DNA of 64,000 nt from Vulcanimicrobiota bacterium (GTDB taxonomy: Bacteria; Vulcanimicrobiota; JAJTBE01). Under the pieces are notes generated by a model, which was not told the DNA's origin, searched no databases, and worked only from the letters and a program-made list of their open reading frames with translations. The stretch is taken from positions 2,972 through 66,971 of the forward strand of contig JAIORV010000097.1 in assembly GCA_021107945.1 (NCBI GenBank), given 5' to 3'. Shown one piece after another: positions 35,272-45,394 of this stretch (positions within the stretch are counted from its first letter, which is position 1; each line of letters starts with the position of its first letter). Made by a program: the position numbers and the translations under genes.

Positions 35272-35590
35272 GAAAACCTATAACATAACTTACGCATTTC
35301 CAGGAAAGAAACGCATGAAATTGTCATCCTGAGCGGAATATGATCAGTTTACTTTAAAAAACAAACCTTTCTCAGGAACGGGGCTTGCATACCTCCGATG
35401 TATTAATCAGCGAAGGATCTTTTCTCATAGCGAATGATCTCCTTCAAGCAAATATTAAAGAGATTCTTCGCTATGTGAACCTTTGGAGATCAAGGAAATC
35501 CCGTCCTTGAGAAAGTCATTGGAGTAAAGTAACTCTCTCGTGTATCGCTCAGAATGACAATTGCGTAAGTCCTACTATAACATAACTATG
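35272..35590. mobile_element. MITE-like non-autonomous element: ~26-bp terminal inverted repeats (acttacgca..attgtcatYctgagcg) flanked by the direct repeat ctataacataact
   Basis: Left end ttgtcatcctgagcgg (35321-35336). Right end cgctcagaatgacaattgcgtaag (35545-35568). ctataacataact occurs on both outer sides as a TSD-like direct repeat. Homologous copies lie at 45395-45730, 14885-14995 and 52780-52945. Confidence 0.55.
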
Positions 35591-35659
35591 CGGCTTTAAT
35601 ATTGATAATACCATGAGAAATATCCGGCATTTGTTTCTTAATAAAATCACCAAATAATA

Positions 35660-35690
35660 AAGGGGAGAATTATTTAAGTCTTCTCCCCTT
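35660..35690 (-). terminator. rho-independent terminator for the 35721..37094 gene
   Basis: Perfect 10-bp stem aaggggagaa / ttctcccctt with an 11-nt loop. On the minus strand it is followed by TTATTATTTGGTGATTTTATT. Confidence 0.6.
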
Positions 35691-35720
35691 ATTACAATCT
35701 GATTTATTATTCGTCTGGAA

Positions 35721-37094
35721 TCAATAAGACTTGTTCCAATAGTATATGGTTCCGTCGTTACTTCCACCTGTATTATCATTATATGATGTAAAGTAGATGG
35801 TAATCTCTGTGCCTGTATGGAACATTATGCCATTCAGGGGGAACTCGACACCTGCGGAAATTAAATCGCTAACTTGCGAGTCGGAGGGTTCGAGCGGGAA
35901 TTTTGTAGAATCGCTCACGTCGATCTCGATCCAGTTTCCACCCTGTACCTTACTAATATTACTGGAAACATAAACCTTATTGAGGGTCCCCTTTAAAGTG
36001 CCGGATGCAATGTCGTGGGGAACCTTGACGTCGTATGGGAATTTCAGTGATTGAGCAACAACTTCCCTTGTACCGTCCTTTTGAATCTGGTTGTTAGCAT
36101 TGTCATATTTAACCTTCTGTCTAACAAGTTGTCCTGAAGAGGAGGAGCAGTTTGTCCAATAGACATAACCCTCCATAGGATAGACGGGGGTTTTGTTATC
36201 ACTTTCATAAATCGGCTGAAAAACCACCTTTGTTGGCATCGACTCGTTGGATCCTACCTCGAATGGGGTTACCGGATAGACAACTTCATCTGCAGAGAGA
36301 TCGTACATCAGCACTTTGCCATCGGGTGCGGCAATTCTCTCTGTTGCAAAAACGAAGTCTTCATCCGGAGCGCTGGCATCGTTGGAATCAGATATCGATA
36401 TCCCACTTACACCATAGGCGTTTGTGATACTCGAATCGACGTCATCCGGTATAGCAGGTGTCTGCTCCGGAAATGCATCCACTTCATGAACTGCACTGGA
36501 GGCTCCCCCGGCGTCACGGGTAAAAAAGAGTGGCCCCATGGAGAACATATATATCAGGTCTCCGGTCATTCCGGTGGTCAACTGCTCCATGGAAAAGCCC
36601 GAGTCGGTCAGATTCACTCTCCAGATAACTCCGTTTGTGGGTGTTCCTGACTCACTGACAAAAAGGTAGTCTTTCGCGCTTCCGCCAGATTCTTGACCAC
36701 TCTGAAGATGCATTGCAGAGGGTTTGTTAAGACCCGAAACTACTGTCTCGACACTTCCGCTTCCATCGGAGAGGATTCTGAATACACTTCCCTGGGGTGT
36801 CGATGATTTCTCCACCCAGTAGATATACTTCTTGCTACTGCCGACACTATGCTGGTAGAGTCGCAGATCAAATGTATTCGCCCTTCCTGTGGCATACTCT
36901 CTCAGGGTTTCCTCACCAGGTTGTGGTGGGGTCTCTGTACCGGTGGGACTTGGAGTTGGGGGTGGAGTTGATGTTCCTGTAGGTTCCGGTGAAACATCAA
37001 AGACTCCCTCTCCTGTACAACCGAATATCCAGAGACATGCAAAACCCAGAATTGCAATAATTAATACAAATACTTTTGCTTTTTTCATAAGCAA
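35721..37094 (-). CDS. secreted/lipoprotein with Pro/Thr-rich linker and beta-propeller-like (YWTD-like) repeats, hypothetical
   Basis: Signal peptide with a lipobox-like FGC. TSTPPPTPSPTGTETPPQPG linker. YIYWV and YVYWTN repeats. Confidence 0.4.
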   Translation of the reverse strand: MLMKKAKVFVLIIAILGFACLWIFGCTGEGVFDVSPEPTGTSTPPPTPSPTGTETPPQPGEETLREYATGRANTFDLRLYQHSVGSSKKYIYWVEKSSTPQGSVFRILSDGSGSVETVVSGLNKPSAMHLQSGQESGGSAKDYLFVSESGTPTNGVIWRVNLTDSGFSMEQLTTGMTGDLIYMFSMGPLFFTRDAGGASSAVHEVDAFPEQTPAIPDDVDSSITNAYGVSGISISDSNDASAPDEDFVFATERIAAPDGKVLMYDLSADEVVYPVTPFEVGSNESMPTKVVFQPIYESDNKTPVYPMEGYVYWTNCSSSSGQLVRQKVKYDNANNQIQKDGTREVVAQSLKFPYDVKVPHDIASGTLKGTLNKVYVSSNISKVQGGNWIEIDVSDSTKFPLEPSDSQVSDLISAGVEFPLNGIMFHTGTEITIYFTSYNDNTGGSNDGTIYYWNKSY

Positions 37095-37145
37095 CTCCCC
37101 TCAGACTACTTTGTTTTCAATAATATATTGAGTAAAAATCCGGGA

Positions 37146-39224
37146 TTATTCATCAGATTTATTCGCTTCCGCTATGATTGGCTCGGCAATCTGACTCGGC
37201 ACCTCTTCATAAAAAGAGAATTTCATTGCAAATTCTCCTTTTCCCTGTGTCAGGGAGCGAAGATCGATTGAATACCTGAGCATCTCTGACAGAGGAACCT
37301 TCGCCTTGATTGATTGCATTCCGTCTCCCAGAGGATCCATTCCCAGTATGCGTCCCCTCTTGGAGTTGAGATCGCCGATACAGTCACCCATAAATGATTC
37401 CGGGACAACGACCTCCACGTCCATAATAGGTTCGAGTAGGATCGGAGTCGCCTTGTGTGCTCCCTTTTTGAATGCCATTGAAGCGGCAATCTGAAAAGCT
37501 ATATCAGAAGAATCAACGGTATGGTAAGAACCGTCAAAAAGTTTTACTCTAACACTTGTCACGGGGAATCCTGCAAGAAAGCCCTCTTCCATTGCTCTTT
37601 TTACTCCTTTTTCTACCGAAGGAATAAAGTTTTTGGGAATCACGCCTCCCACAATTTTGTCAACGAATTCAAATTCCTGATCGCGGGGTAACGGCTCAAG
37701 CTCCAGATAGACATGGCCATATTGTCCCCTACCTCCGGATTGCTTTTTGTACTTGTGCTCAATTTGAGTTTTTGACTTGAGAGTTTCCTTGTAAGGAATC
37801 TTTGGAGTTTTAAGATCCGCTTCGAGTCCAAATTTCCTCTTAAGTCTCTCCATTACAATATTAAGATGAAGTTCACCGATTCCGTAAATCACGGTCTCCT
37901 TCGTCATTTTATCCCGATTAACCTTAATAGTGGGATCCTCTTCAAGGATTTTTGACAAAGCGTTACCTAGCTTGTCTTCATCACTCTTGCTCTTCGGATA
38001 TACCGACATTGACATGAGCGGATCGGGAAAGTCTATCCGGGGAATTTCCACAGGCCTTGATTTATCGCAAAGCGTGTCAGACGTGCCGGTGACAGAAAGT
38101 TTGGCCAGAGTAACAATATCACCGGGAGACGCTTGATCTATAACTTCATGATCCTTGCCCCGGAAAATCATCAGGGAACTAATCTTTTCATTTGTCTCTT
38201 TACCGGGGTTCAGCAGTTCTATATCTGGCTTGAGAGTACCTGAATAGACTCTCAATACCGACAGTTTTCCCACATAGGGATCTGTCGTGGTTTTGAAAAC
38301 CAGCGCAGATACAGGTTCCGAGGGGTCGGGATGAATAAGAATCTCTTCTTCCGTTTCTGGTTTTAATCCCTTTATTTCCTTGAAGTGGCCGGGATCGGGC
38401 AGGAAGTCTATGATGAAATCCATCAGATTGGTTATTCCGATGTTCTTGTCGGATGAGCCACAAAGAACCGGAATTACTCTTCCTTCAGTTATCTCCCCTA
38501 AAAGGGACCGGGTTATATCTTCAGGCGTAAGCTCCCCTTCAAAGAATTTCTCCATCAATTTCTCGTCGTCCCCCGCCGCTGCTTCTGCAATTTTCTCTAC
38601 ATATTCCTCGACAATATCCTCCATGTCCTCGGGAATATCAATTTCAATCGGTTTTCCATCTTCAAACGCATAAGCGCTTTTTTTAAGAAGATCAACAACT
38701 CCTATAAAGCTGTCGCCTCTCCCGATAGGAAGCTGTAAAGGTATAAGCTCTCCATCGACTTTAAGGTCTTTGTTGATCTCGTCGATACACTTGTCGAAAT
38801 CCGCATTCTCCTTGTCCATCATATTAATAAAGAATGCCCTTGCTATGTTCGTTTCACAAGAAAATTTCCATACCCTTTCAAGTCCCACTTCCACTCCGCC
38901 GACTGCGGACACCAGGAACAGGCCGCTTTCGACAACCCTCATGGCGCTTTTGACCTGGGATACAAAATCAAGAAAACCCGGTGAATCCAGTATATTCAGC
39001 TTCATGTCCCTGTATTCCACCGGAAGTACTGTTGTAAACAGTGAAATACCCTTTCGTATTTCATCGGGATCAAAATCTGAAGTGGTGCTGCCTGCTGTTA
39101 CTTTTCCAAAACGATCAATCGCTTTCGTGTCGAATAACATCGCTTCTGTTAGTGTTGTTTTTCCGGAACTGCCATGTCCAAATAGTCCTACATTTCTTAT
39201 ATGTGCCGTATCGTATCTCTTCAC
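37146..39224 (-). CDS. elongation factor G family translational GTPase (EF-G or EF-G paralogue)
   Basis: G1 motif GHGSSGKTTLTEAMLF, DSPG, and five-domain EF-G length (692 aa). No rpsG/tuf neighbours, so it may be an EF-G2-type paralogue. Confidence 0.85.
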   Translation of the reverse strand: MKRYDTAHIRNVGLFGHGSSGKTTLTEAMLFDTKAIDRFGKVTAGSTTSDFDPDEIRKGISLFTTVLPVEYRDMKLNILDSPGFLDFVSQVKSAMRVVESGLFLVSAVGGVEVGLERVWKFSCETNIARAFFINMMDKENADFDKCIDEINKDLKVDGELIPLQLPIGRGDSFIGVVDLLKKSAYAFEDGKPIEIDIPEDMEDIVEEYVEKIAEAAAGDDEKLMEKFFEGELTPEDITRSLLGEITEGRVIPVLCGSSDKNIGITNLMDFIIDFLPDPGHFKEIKGLKPETEEEILIHPDPSEPVSALVFKTTTDPYVGKLSVLRVYSGTLKPDIELLNPGKETNEKISSLMIFRGKDHEVIDQASPGDIVTLAKLSVTGTSDTLCDKSRPVEIPRIDFPDPLMSMSVYPKSKSDEDKLGNALSKILEEDPTIKVNRDKMTKETVIYGIGELHLNIVMERLKRKFGLEADLKTPKIPYKETLKSKTQIEHKYKKQSGGRGQYGHVYLELEPLPRDQEFEFVDKIVGGVIPKNFIPSVEKGVKRAMEEGFLAGFPVTSVRVKLFDGSYHTVDSSDIAFQIAASMAFKKGAHKATPILLEPIMDVEVVVPESFMGDCIGDLNSKRGRILGMDPLGDGMQSIKAKVPLSEMLRYSIDLRSLTQGKGEFAMKFSFYEEVPSQIAEPIIAEANKSDE

Positions 39225-39260
39225 GGTATTACCTCCTGATAACTCGTACTCATCGTAAGT

Positions 39261-39428
39261 TTAGTTCGAGGGCGTTTTATCTCTATATTCCTTTGGAATA
39301 TGTTTGCCCGCTTTAATTGCACACTCCATGTGCCATTTTTTTCCGCCTATTTTTACAACCGGTTTGCCTTCCAGAAAAGCACCGCATCCTCTGCATCTGG
39401 GCTCGCCGATCTTTTTTTCTTTTCCCTT
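39261..39428 (-). CDS. possible small zinc-ribbon protein (55 aa, CxxC...HxxC) upstream of the EF-G gene
   Basis: TTG start 6 nt after AGGTGA. Translation ...RCRGCGAFLEGKPVVKIGGKKWHMECAIKAG. Only the spacing of Cys/His and the RBS support it. Confidence 0.25.
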   Translation of the reverse strand, partial: KGKEKKIGEPRCRGCGAFLEGKPVVKIGGKKWHMECAIKAGKHIPKEYRDKTPSN

Positions 39429-39888
39429 TGCCAAAAAGTATTCACCTCTTTCTATCTAAAAAAATATAGAAAACAAGCAAGAACTCATTTTCTTGCATAT
39501 TAACGGAATATTTCCTTCCCCCCTTTCTATTATTCATGTAAAAATCCTCTTTAGCAAAAACAGATTATGACATAATGGCAATTATTTTACTTTTTATTAA
39601 CAATTTTCCCTTCACTTCTCTCCATGATTTTGTTAAAATAATCACAGGACACATTCGAATACGGAAGAAATACTAATTATTCACCGCAGAGTTCGCAGAG
39701 GGCGCAGAGCTTCAAATGAAGTCAACACTTTTAACCATTATTAATTCGATAATACTTGGGTAGAGGCTGGTTTCCTCACCAGCCTGAAACTGTGTGAAAT
39801 CAAGGTTTAGAAATCTCCAATAAAAAGAGGGCTGAATAGTCATAGAAAATATTTCCATCTAAGCGGAGCGAAATAAAAGAGAATAATT

Positions 39889-41247
39889 ATGAATATTAGC
39901 AATAATATACAATTCAATTCCACATCGAAAGCTAGCCCGGCCACCGGTAAACAAAAAGACTGGACCGTTCTGCTTTATATGAACGGCAATAATGATATTG
40001 AAGGCGACATTCTCAAGGGGTTTCTCACCACCGAGGAAACGGCGCAACATGACAAGATAAATATGCTTGCCCAACTGGGACGCGCCCCGCAGTATGTAGC
40101 CCACCCGACATATAAGGACGAAATTGACGGCGACTGGGGTGGTGTCAGGCGTTATGTGATGAAAAAGGGAGAAAATGGAGACAACCCAAGGGAAGTGTGG
40201 ACTTCGCTGGGGAAGCATGACGCCGAGATCGATTCCGAAATCACAGCGGACCTGGGCAAGGCCGACATGAGCTCCCCTGATACGCTCCAGGATTTCCTTG
40301 AATGGGGAATGAAAAAATATCCCGCAAAGCATTATATGGTTGTGCTTGCAGGGCACGGAGCGGGATTCCTCGGCGCACTGCCCGATTATAAAAGCAAAAA
40401 ACATATGAGTCTCCGGGAGATATCCGATACATTCGAAGAAGTGCAAAAAAATACTGAAATAAAGCCTGACATTGTTGTTATGGATGCGTGTCTGATGGCG
40501 CAGGGGGAAGCCGCCGTCGAACTTCAAAATACAGGAAAATATTATATCGCCTCTGAAGATTACAATTATAATTGTCTTCCCATGCAAAAAACTCTTATGG
40601 AAGTTGAAAAAAGAATGGACCAGGGAAAGGACATAACGCCGGAAGAAATGGCAGGCATACTGGTGGAGCAATCGGGTAAGTTTCGCGACGTCCCCACAAT
40701 CTCTTCCATTAATATGGAGAAGATGACCCAATTCATTCCGGCTGTTAAAGACCTTGCGGACAAACTTCTAAATACAAATACGAATCCCGACACAATAAGG
40801 GATATTATCAAATCAACCAGGGGCTTTGCCGAAAATGATAATAATGTGAAGCCATATTCTGATTATAAAGATCTGAAAGACCTTGCCCTTAGAATTGCCG
40901 GAAGTAAAAATATAAAAGATCCGGATCTGAAAAAATCCGCAAGCCACATGGCGGATGTCATGAACAGCGGGCTTATCACCGATGAAGCTCATGCGAAAGA
41001 ATTAGATGAAGACGGACGGGGAGAAATCAGCGGACTGACAGTTTATATTCCCACCGGCGGTTTTGATTATGATGATTACAATTTCATCTTCCCCGGCAAT
41101 ACAAACAAAAGCGAGTACGAGGGAATTTACAGAAGTCTTGAGTTCACAAGAAAAACCGGATGGGACAAGGTAATTGACAAGTATGCCGAGAGTGCAAAAA
41201 AGAAATCCCGGAGAGAGGATGTTCTGAACAAGTTAATCTTCGACTAA
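39889..41247 (+). CDS. clostripain-like cysteine peptidase (family C11)
   Basis: DWTVLLYMNGNNDIE N-terminal hallmark. Catalytic His in VVLAGHGAGF and Cys in VVMDACLMAQGE. The antisense ORF 39859..40731 is spurious. Confidence 0.75.
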   Translation: MNISNNIQFNSTSKASPATGKQKDWTVLLYMNGNNDIEGDILKGFLTTEETAQHDKINMLAQLGRAPQYVAHPTYKDEIDGDWGGVRRYVMKKGENGDNPREVWTSLGKHDAEIDSEITADLGKADMSSPDTLQDFLEWGMKKYPAKHYMVVLAGHGAGFLGALPDYKSKKHMSLREISDTFEEVQKNTEIKPDIVVMDACLMAQGEAAVELQNTGKYYIASEDYNYNCLPMQKTLMEVEKRMDQGKDITPEEMAGILVEQSGKFRDVPTISSINMEKMTQFIPAVKDLADKLLNTNTNPDTIRDIIKSTRGFAENDNNVKPYSDYKDLKDLALRIAGSKNIKDPDLKKSASHMADVMNSGLITDEAHAKELDEDGRGEISGLTVYIPTGGFDYDDYNFIFPGNTNKSEYEGIYRSLEFTRKTGWDKVIDKYAESAKKKSRREDVLNKLIFD

Positions 41248-41268
41248 ACCGGGAAGAAAGACGATACA

Positions 41269-41781
41269 ATGAATACAGCAGTTTATCCGGGAAGTTTTGA
41301 TCCATTCACAAACGGACACAGAGATATTCTTGAGCGAGCCCTCAGTGTCTTTGACAGGGTTATCATTGCCGTGGCAAGGAATCCTTCCAAGAAGCCCCTG
41401 TTTACATTTGATGAAAGAGTTGAGATAATCAATGAATCCATGCCGGACACGGATCGCGTGGAAGTCAGGAATTTCCACGGTCTCCTTGTTGATTTTATGC
41501 ACAAGGTTAATTCCAGGATAATTGTCAAAGGACTCCGGGCTGTCTCCGATTTCGAGTTCGAATTCCAGATGGCTCTCATGAACAGAAAGATTGATCCTGA
41601 GGTAGAGACCGTTTTCCTCATGACTTCCAGTGAATACGCATTTTTAAGCTCCTCGAAGGTCAGGGAAATCTCAAGTCTGGGAGGACCTGTTTCCTGTCTT
41701 GTTTCACCATTTGCTCAGAAAAAATTAAGAGAAAAATGTAAAATTTGCGATGATAAAGGCGAAACCGTGGAAATAGATTGA
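41269..41781 (+). CDS. coaD: phosphopantetheine adenylyltransferase
   Basis: AVYPGSFDPFTNGH is the HxGH nucleotidyltransferase motif. Length and overall sequence are typical of CoaD. Confidence 0.9.
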   Translation: MNTAVYPGSFDPFTNGHRDILERALSVFDRVIIAVARNPSKKPLFTFDERVEIINESMPDTDRVEVRNFHGLLVDFMHKVNSRIIVKGLRAVSDFEFEFQMALMNRKIDPEVETVFLMTSSEYAFLSSSKVREISSLGGPVSCLVSPFAQKKLREKCKICDDKGETVEID

Positions 41782-41784
41782 GGA

Positions 41785-42180
41785 AATAAGGACCGGGAGC
41801 GGAATAAGGAAATTAGAGAATGAGGAATTTTGCCGCTTAGGAAATTAGGAAACCAGGAAAACGGATAGCTGAGGACGGATCCCGTTTCCCGATTCCCGCT
41901 TCCCGCTTCCCGCTTCCAAAATGGTAGCGGAGGTTTTTAAACCTCCCATGAGAATAACCCACGGATTTATCCGGGGGAACAGGAGGAATCCCAATCCCCA
42001 TGTCTCTCACACAAACCTTCAGACGCTTCAGCGTCTTCCCGGTAAGGAAATGAAGAACTGTTACCTCTGAGGAAATGAGGAAATAAGGATTATGGAAACG
42101 GAGAATGGAGGTCGGAGGTCGGAGGTCGGATCCCATTTCCCACATCCCCTTTCCCACTTCCCTTATGGGAAACATATGAA
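41785..42180. repeat. mosaic repeat array between coaD and gmhA
   Basis: Contains ggaaataagga/ggaaattagga words, cccgcttcccgcttcccgcttcc, the GGAGGTTTTTAAACCTCC palindrome, ggatttatccggggg, and ggaggtcggaggtcggaggtcgg followed by cccatttcccacatcccctttcccacttccc. Confidence 0.8.
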
Positions 42181-42242
42181 TATCTGAAAATACATTGTAT
42201 GCCGTTTAATTTCACAACAACAATGGAAAGGTAAGGATAATA

Positions 42243-42815
42243 TTGATCAACACAATAAATAAATCGCTTAATGAATCCCTTGAGCTTTTCGAGAAGTTGG
42301 GGGAACTGGCTCCTGATATAGAAGAGGCAGGTAGCCTTATTCTCAAGAAGATTTCAGGTGGTGGGAAACTTATCCTTTTGGGAAACGGTGGATCTGCCGC
42401 TGACGCCCAGCACATCGCCGCCGAGATGGTAGGAAGATTCGAGTATGACCACATCCCCATTCCCGCCGTCGCCCTCACGACAAACACGTCAATCCTCACT
42501 GCGGTCTCAAATGATTTTGGGTTTGATGAAATCTTCCTTCGACAGATGAAATCTCTCATGAGGAAAGAGGATGTAGTTCTTGGTATAAGCACATCGGGAT
42601 CATCGGGCAATATAATAAAAGCGATAGAATACGCGCTGGAGCATGAAGTACCGGTTATCGGCCTTACGGGGAAAGACGGCGGAGAGATGAAAGAACTATG
42701 CAAACCCTGCATAATAGTGCCGTCCGAACGCACATGCCGCATCCAGGAAGCGCATATACTAATAGGGCATATTCTATGTGAGATAATTGAAAAGAAGTGG
42801 ATGAGGATCGGATAA
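42243..42815 (+). CDS. gmhA: phosphoheptose isomerase (SIS domain; GmhA/DiaA family)
   Basis: LLGNGGSAADAQHIAAEMVGRF and GISTSGSSGNI SIS motifs. Probable TTG start after aaggtaagga. Confidence 0.8.
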   Translation: MINTINKSLNESLELFEKLGELAPDIEEAGSLILKKISGGGKLILLGNGGSAADAQHIAAEMVGRFEYDHIPIPAVALTTNTSILTAVSNDFGFDEIFLRQMKSLMRKEDVVLGISTSGSSGNIIKAIEYALEHEVPVIGLTGKDGGEMKELCKPCIIVPSERTCRIQEAHILIGHILCEIIEKKWMRIG

Positions 42816-42956
42816 CTGATGATGGAGGATCGGAGGGCGGAGGACGGATCCCATTTTCCACTTCCATCTACCAAAAAGCCCACGGAGTTTTTGATTTAAA
42901 ATTCTCCGTGAACTCCGTGACTTCGTGGTGGTCAAATCCCATTCGACAGTCTTATA

Positions 42957-43403
42957 TCAGTCCTTTGTCTTCTTAATCTTTTCGCCCGTCACTGCATCAA
43001 ATGTCTCTTCAAACCTGGCTTCCCCAATAGATCCTTCTATCGCAACCCTTTCAAGGTAATTGTATGTAATGGCAAGTCTGTCCCCGATCATCTTCTCGGT
43101 AAAAGTCTCCCGCACCACATCACTCGTAATTGAAGGATTTGACGGTGTCCTTTCAAATTCAAACTTAACCTCGTCTTCCGTTTTCGGGCTATCATCAACC
43201 ACGCTTCCATAGATAATTCGATGCTTGTCACCGAGGTTTATCTCCTCCTCAACATAATACCTATCCACATCACTGATAGAGGATTTTCTTTTTGTGCCTT
43301 TCTCCTTGACGATTGCCTTCAAATCCTGGTATTTTGGAAGAACATATTTTGCTATACCATTTTTAATCTCTGACAATGTATCCACCTCCGGTTTAAATTG
43401 CAT
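42957..43403 (-). CDS. hypothetical protein (148 aa)
   Basis: Clean ORF with hydrophilic composition and no recognisable motif. Confidence 0.4.
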   Translation of the reverse strand: MQFKPEVDTLSEIKNGIAKYVLPKYQDLKAIVKEKGTKRKSSISDVDRYYVEEEINLGDKHRIIYGSVVDDSPKTEDEVKFEFERTPSNPSITSDVVRETFTEKMIGDRLAITYNYLERVAIEGSIGEARFEETFDAVTGEKIKKTKD

Positions 43404-43512
43404 TATTACTAAAGATTCATCTGAGAAATTTTGACAAAATCATAATAGCAATTTTACATTCGCGATTAATATCCTTCTCACCTCCCATTTCTCACCTCTC
43501 GTCTCTCATATC

Positions 43513-45285
43513 TCACTTCTCAATAAACGCGTAGATATAGCCCCCTGTAGTTGTTACATATAAAAATCCGTCCGACACAACAGGAGCGGAGCGAATCGGC
43601 GAGTCGAGTTTTTCCTTCCAGACTGTTTCCCCGGAATCTATGGATCTGCAATATAAATACCCGGAGTTGGATCCAAAAAACACGAGATTGTTGCTGACAA
43701 TTGTGGGTGTAGAGAAAATAGCGTCCAGGAGTCTGATTTTATCATTTTTCATCCGCCAAATCTCGCCTCCCGCCCTGAGATCAAGCGCAACCAGGTATTC
43801 GTCCTGGGTTCCTATAAATATTTTCCCATATCCCACCGAGGGGGATCCTTCCACAACACCGTCCAGGTCAACGGCATAAACCCATGAGTCTTCCCCGGTT
43901 TTTAATGAGAGAGCGTAGAAGTGTCCCGACCTGTCCGGTATATAACAATGGTCGTTACACACCGCCGGTGTGGATATAAAACGATGCTGAAGGGGATGGT
44001 CTGCGGGAAACCGCCATATCTCCCTGCCGGTCCCGGAATCCACGCAGAAGACCCTGCCATTCCGCGATGCGACAAAAACCATATTCTCAAATATCGCCGG
44101 GCTCGATAATATCTCGCGTCCTTCCTCGTCAAGGGCGCATTCCTCTTTTCCATTGCCGTTTTCGCCGGACTCAAATTTCCATATTACCTTGCCGGTTTCC
44201 AGGTCAAGTCTGTAAAGCTCTCCCCGGTTATTGACTACGAAAACCCCCTGTTTGCAGGCGAGAATATTTGCCGTTATACTTCCAATATTTTCTTTCCTTT
44301 TCCGGGGAAATACCCAGGCAGGCTTCCCTTTTTGGGCATCACTTGCATAAACCTTGCCGTCACAGGATCCGGCATAGATAATATCATTGTAAATTGCGGG
44401 GGTAGATGCGATAAAACCACTCGTGGGGCGTTTCCATACAACAGCTCCGGTATATTGATTGAGAGCATGCAGGTTCATATCGCCTGAGCCGTAATAGACA
44501 AGACCTTTATATACGATTGGAGATGAAAGTATGCCGGCTATTTGTCTTTTATCAGGGTATGTCCATTTTCTCTTAAGGGCCGGAGTTATTTTCTGACTGC
44601 TGTTTCCGGTACGTTGGGGGTCTCCCTTGAACATGGGGTAACTCCTGCCGTCGAGTTCCATCTTCTTATTGCAATGAATACATTTATTTTTCCATACATC
44701 CGTATATCCCCTACATTCAGAGCAAGTTCGCAATTGGCGATTGCATTCGGGGCAAAAGTTTAAATTTTCTTTAATTGTTTTACCACAGCCGATATATGGG
44801 CATTGAATTATGGGCTTCAGATTAATGCTGGTCTCCCTGTGGAATTCCTTGCAAAGATCAAATCCACAACCGACGCAGAATTTTGCCCCGGGTTTCGATG
44901 TGAGAGTGCCGCAACGTGGACACCGGCTAATTTTCATCTCGACTGTTTTTTTAACGCCACCGGGTGAAGGAGGGAGTATTAACCTCAGGGGCTTTCTATT
45001 CGAGCCGGGAATATCCTTATAGACCCTTGTTTTATCATCCGGCAGGGGATCGGCGGCCTTATGCCAATCCTCCTTAAGGGGTCTGCCCATTGTAGTGCAA
45101 AACCGCGCGGTTATCCTGTGAAAACGCCCGCAAAGAGGGCATTTTCTCTTCTCCTGTTTAGTTTTTTTCAACTCTTTTTTTCTCATATTGTGTCCCGGAA
45201 TCCTGATGTTTTTAATATTCTGCAATTTATAAATTGAATATATTTTACCATTTAGAGTAATACCCAATTTCCGTTGGAAAACCAC
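43513..45285 (-). CDS. multi-zinc-ribbon protein fused to a PQQ-like beta-propeller
   Basis: Four CxxC...CxxC ribbons in the N-terminal 200 aa (CPLCG, CPRCG...CVGCG, CPYIGCG...CPECN, CSEC...CIHC). PQQ/BamB-type repeats (YAGS.DG.VYA.D..GK..W.F) follow. Confidence 0.6.
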   Translation of the reverse strand: MVFQRKLGITLNGKIYSIYKLQNIKNIRIPGHNMRKKELKKTKQEKRKCPLCGRFHRITARFCTTMGRPLKEDWHKAADPLPDDKTRVYKDIPGSNRKPLRLILPPSPGGVKKTVEMKISRCPRCGTLTSKPGAKFCVGCGFDLCKEFHRETSINLKPIIQCPYIGCGKTIKENLNFCPECNRQLRTCSECRGYTDVWKNKCIHCNKKMELDGRSYPMFKGDPQRTGNSSQKITPALKRKWTYPDKRQIAGILSSPIVYKGLVYYGSGDMNLHALNQYTGAVVWKRPTSGFIASTPAIYNDIIYAGSCDGKVYASDAQKGKPAWVFPRKRKENIGSITANILACKQGVFVVNNRGELYRLDLETGKVIWKFESGENGNGKEECALDEEGREILSSPAIFENMVFVASRNGRVFCVDSGTGREIWRFPADHPLQHRFISTPAVCNDHCYIPDRSGHFYALSLKTGEDSWVYAVDLDGVVEGSPSVGYGKIFIGTQDEYLVALDLRAGGEIWRMKNDKIRLLDAIFSTPTIVSNNLVFFGSNSGYLYCRSIDSGETVWKEKLDSPIRSAPVVSDGFLYVTTTGGYIYAFIEK

Positions 45286-45394
45286 TGAAGTGGTTAAATC
45301 AAGCGAAAAAGGGTGGTTATGCTTTTCCTTCCACCATAATAAATTATGGTGTTGTCTTAAACCGCTTTTCTATCGAGCTTCCTTTTTTGCATTT

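Noticed and set aside
39859-40731. 290-aa minus-strand ORF antisense to the C11 peptidase gene. The same applies to ORFs 45914..46588 (antisense to GH57), 20996..21568 and 21771..22343 (antisense to the amidohydrolase), 48545..49057 (antisense to the ATP-grasp gene), and 12822..13193 (antisense to the M50 gene)
   Set aside because: The sense-strand genes have strong family motifs. The antisense translations are Cys/His/Arg-rich with no motifs, which is typical of shadow ORFs.
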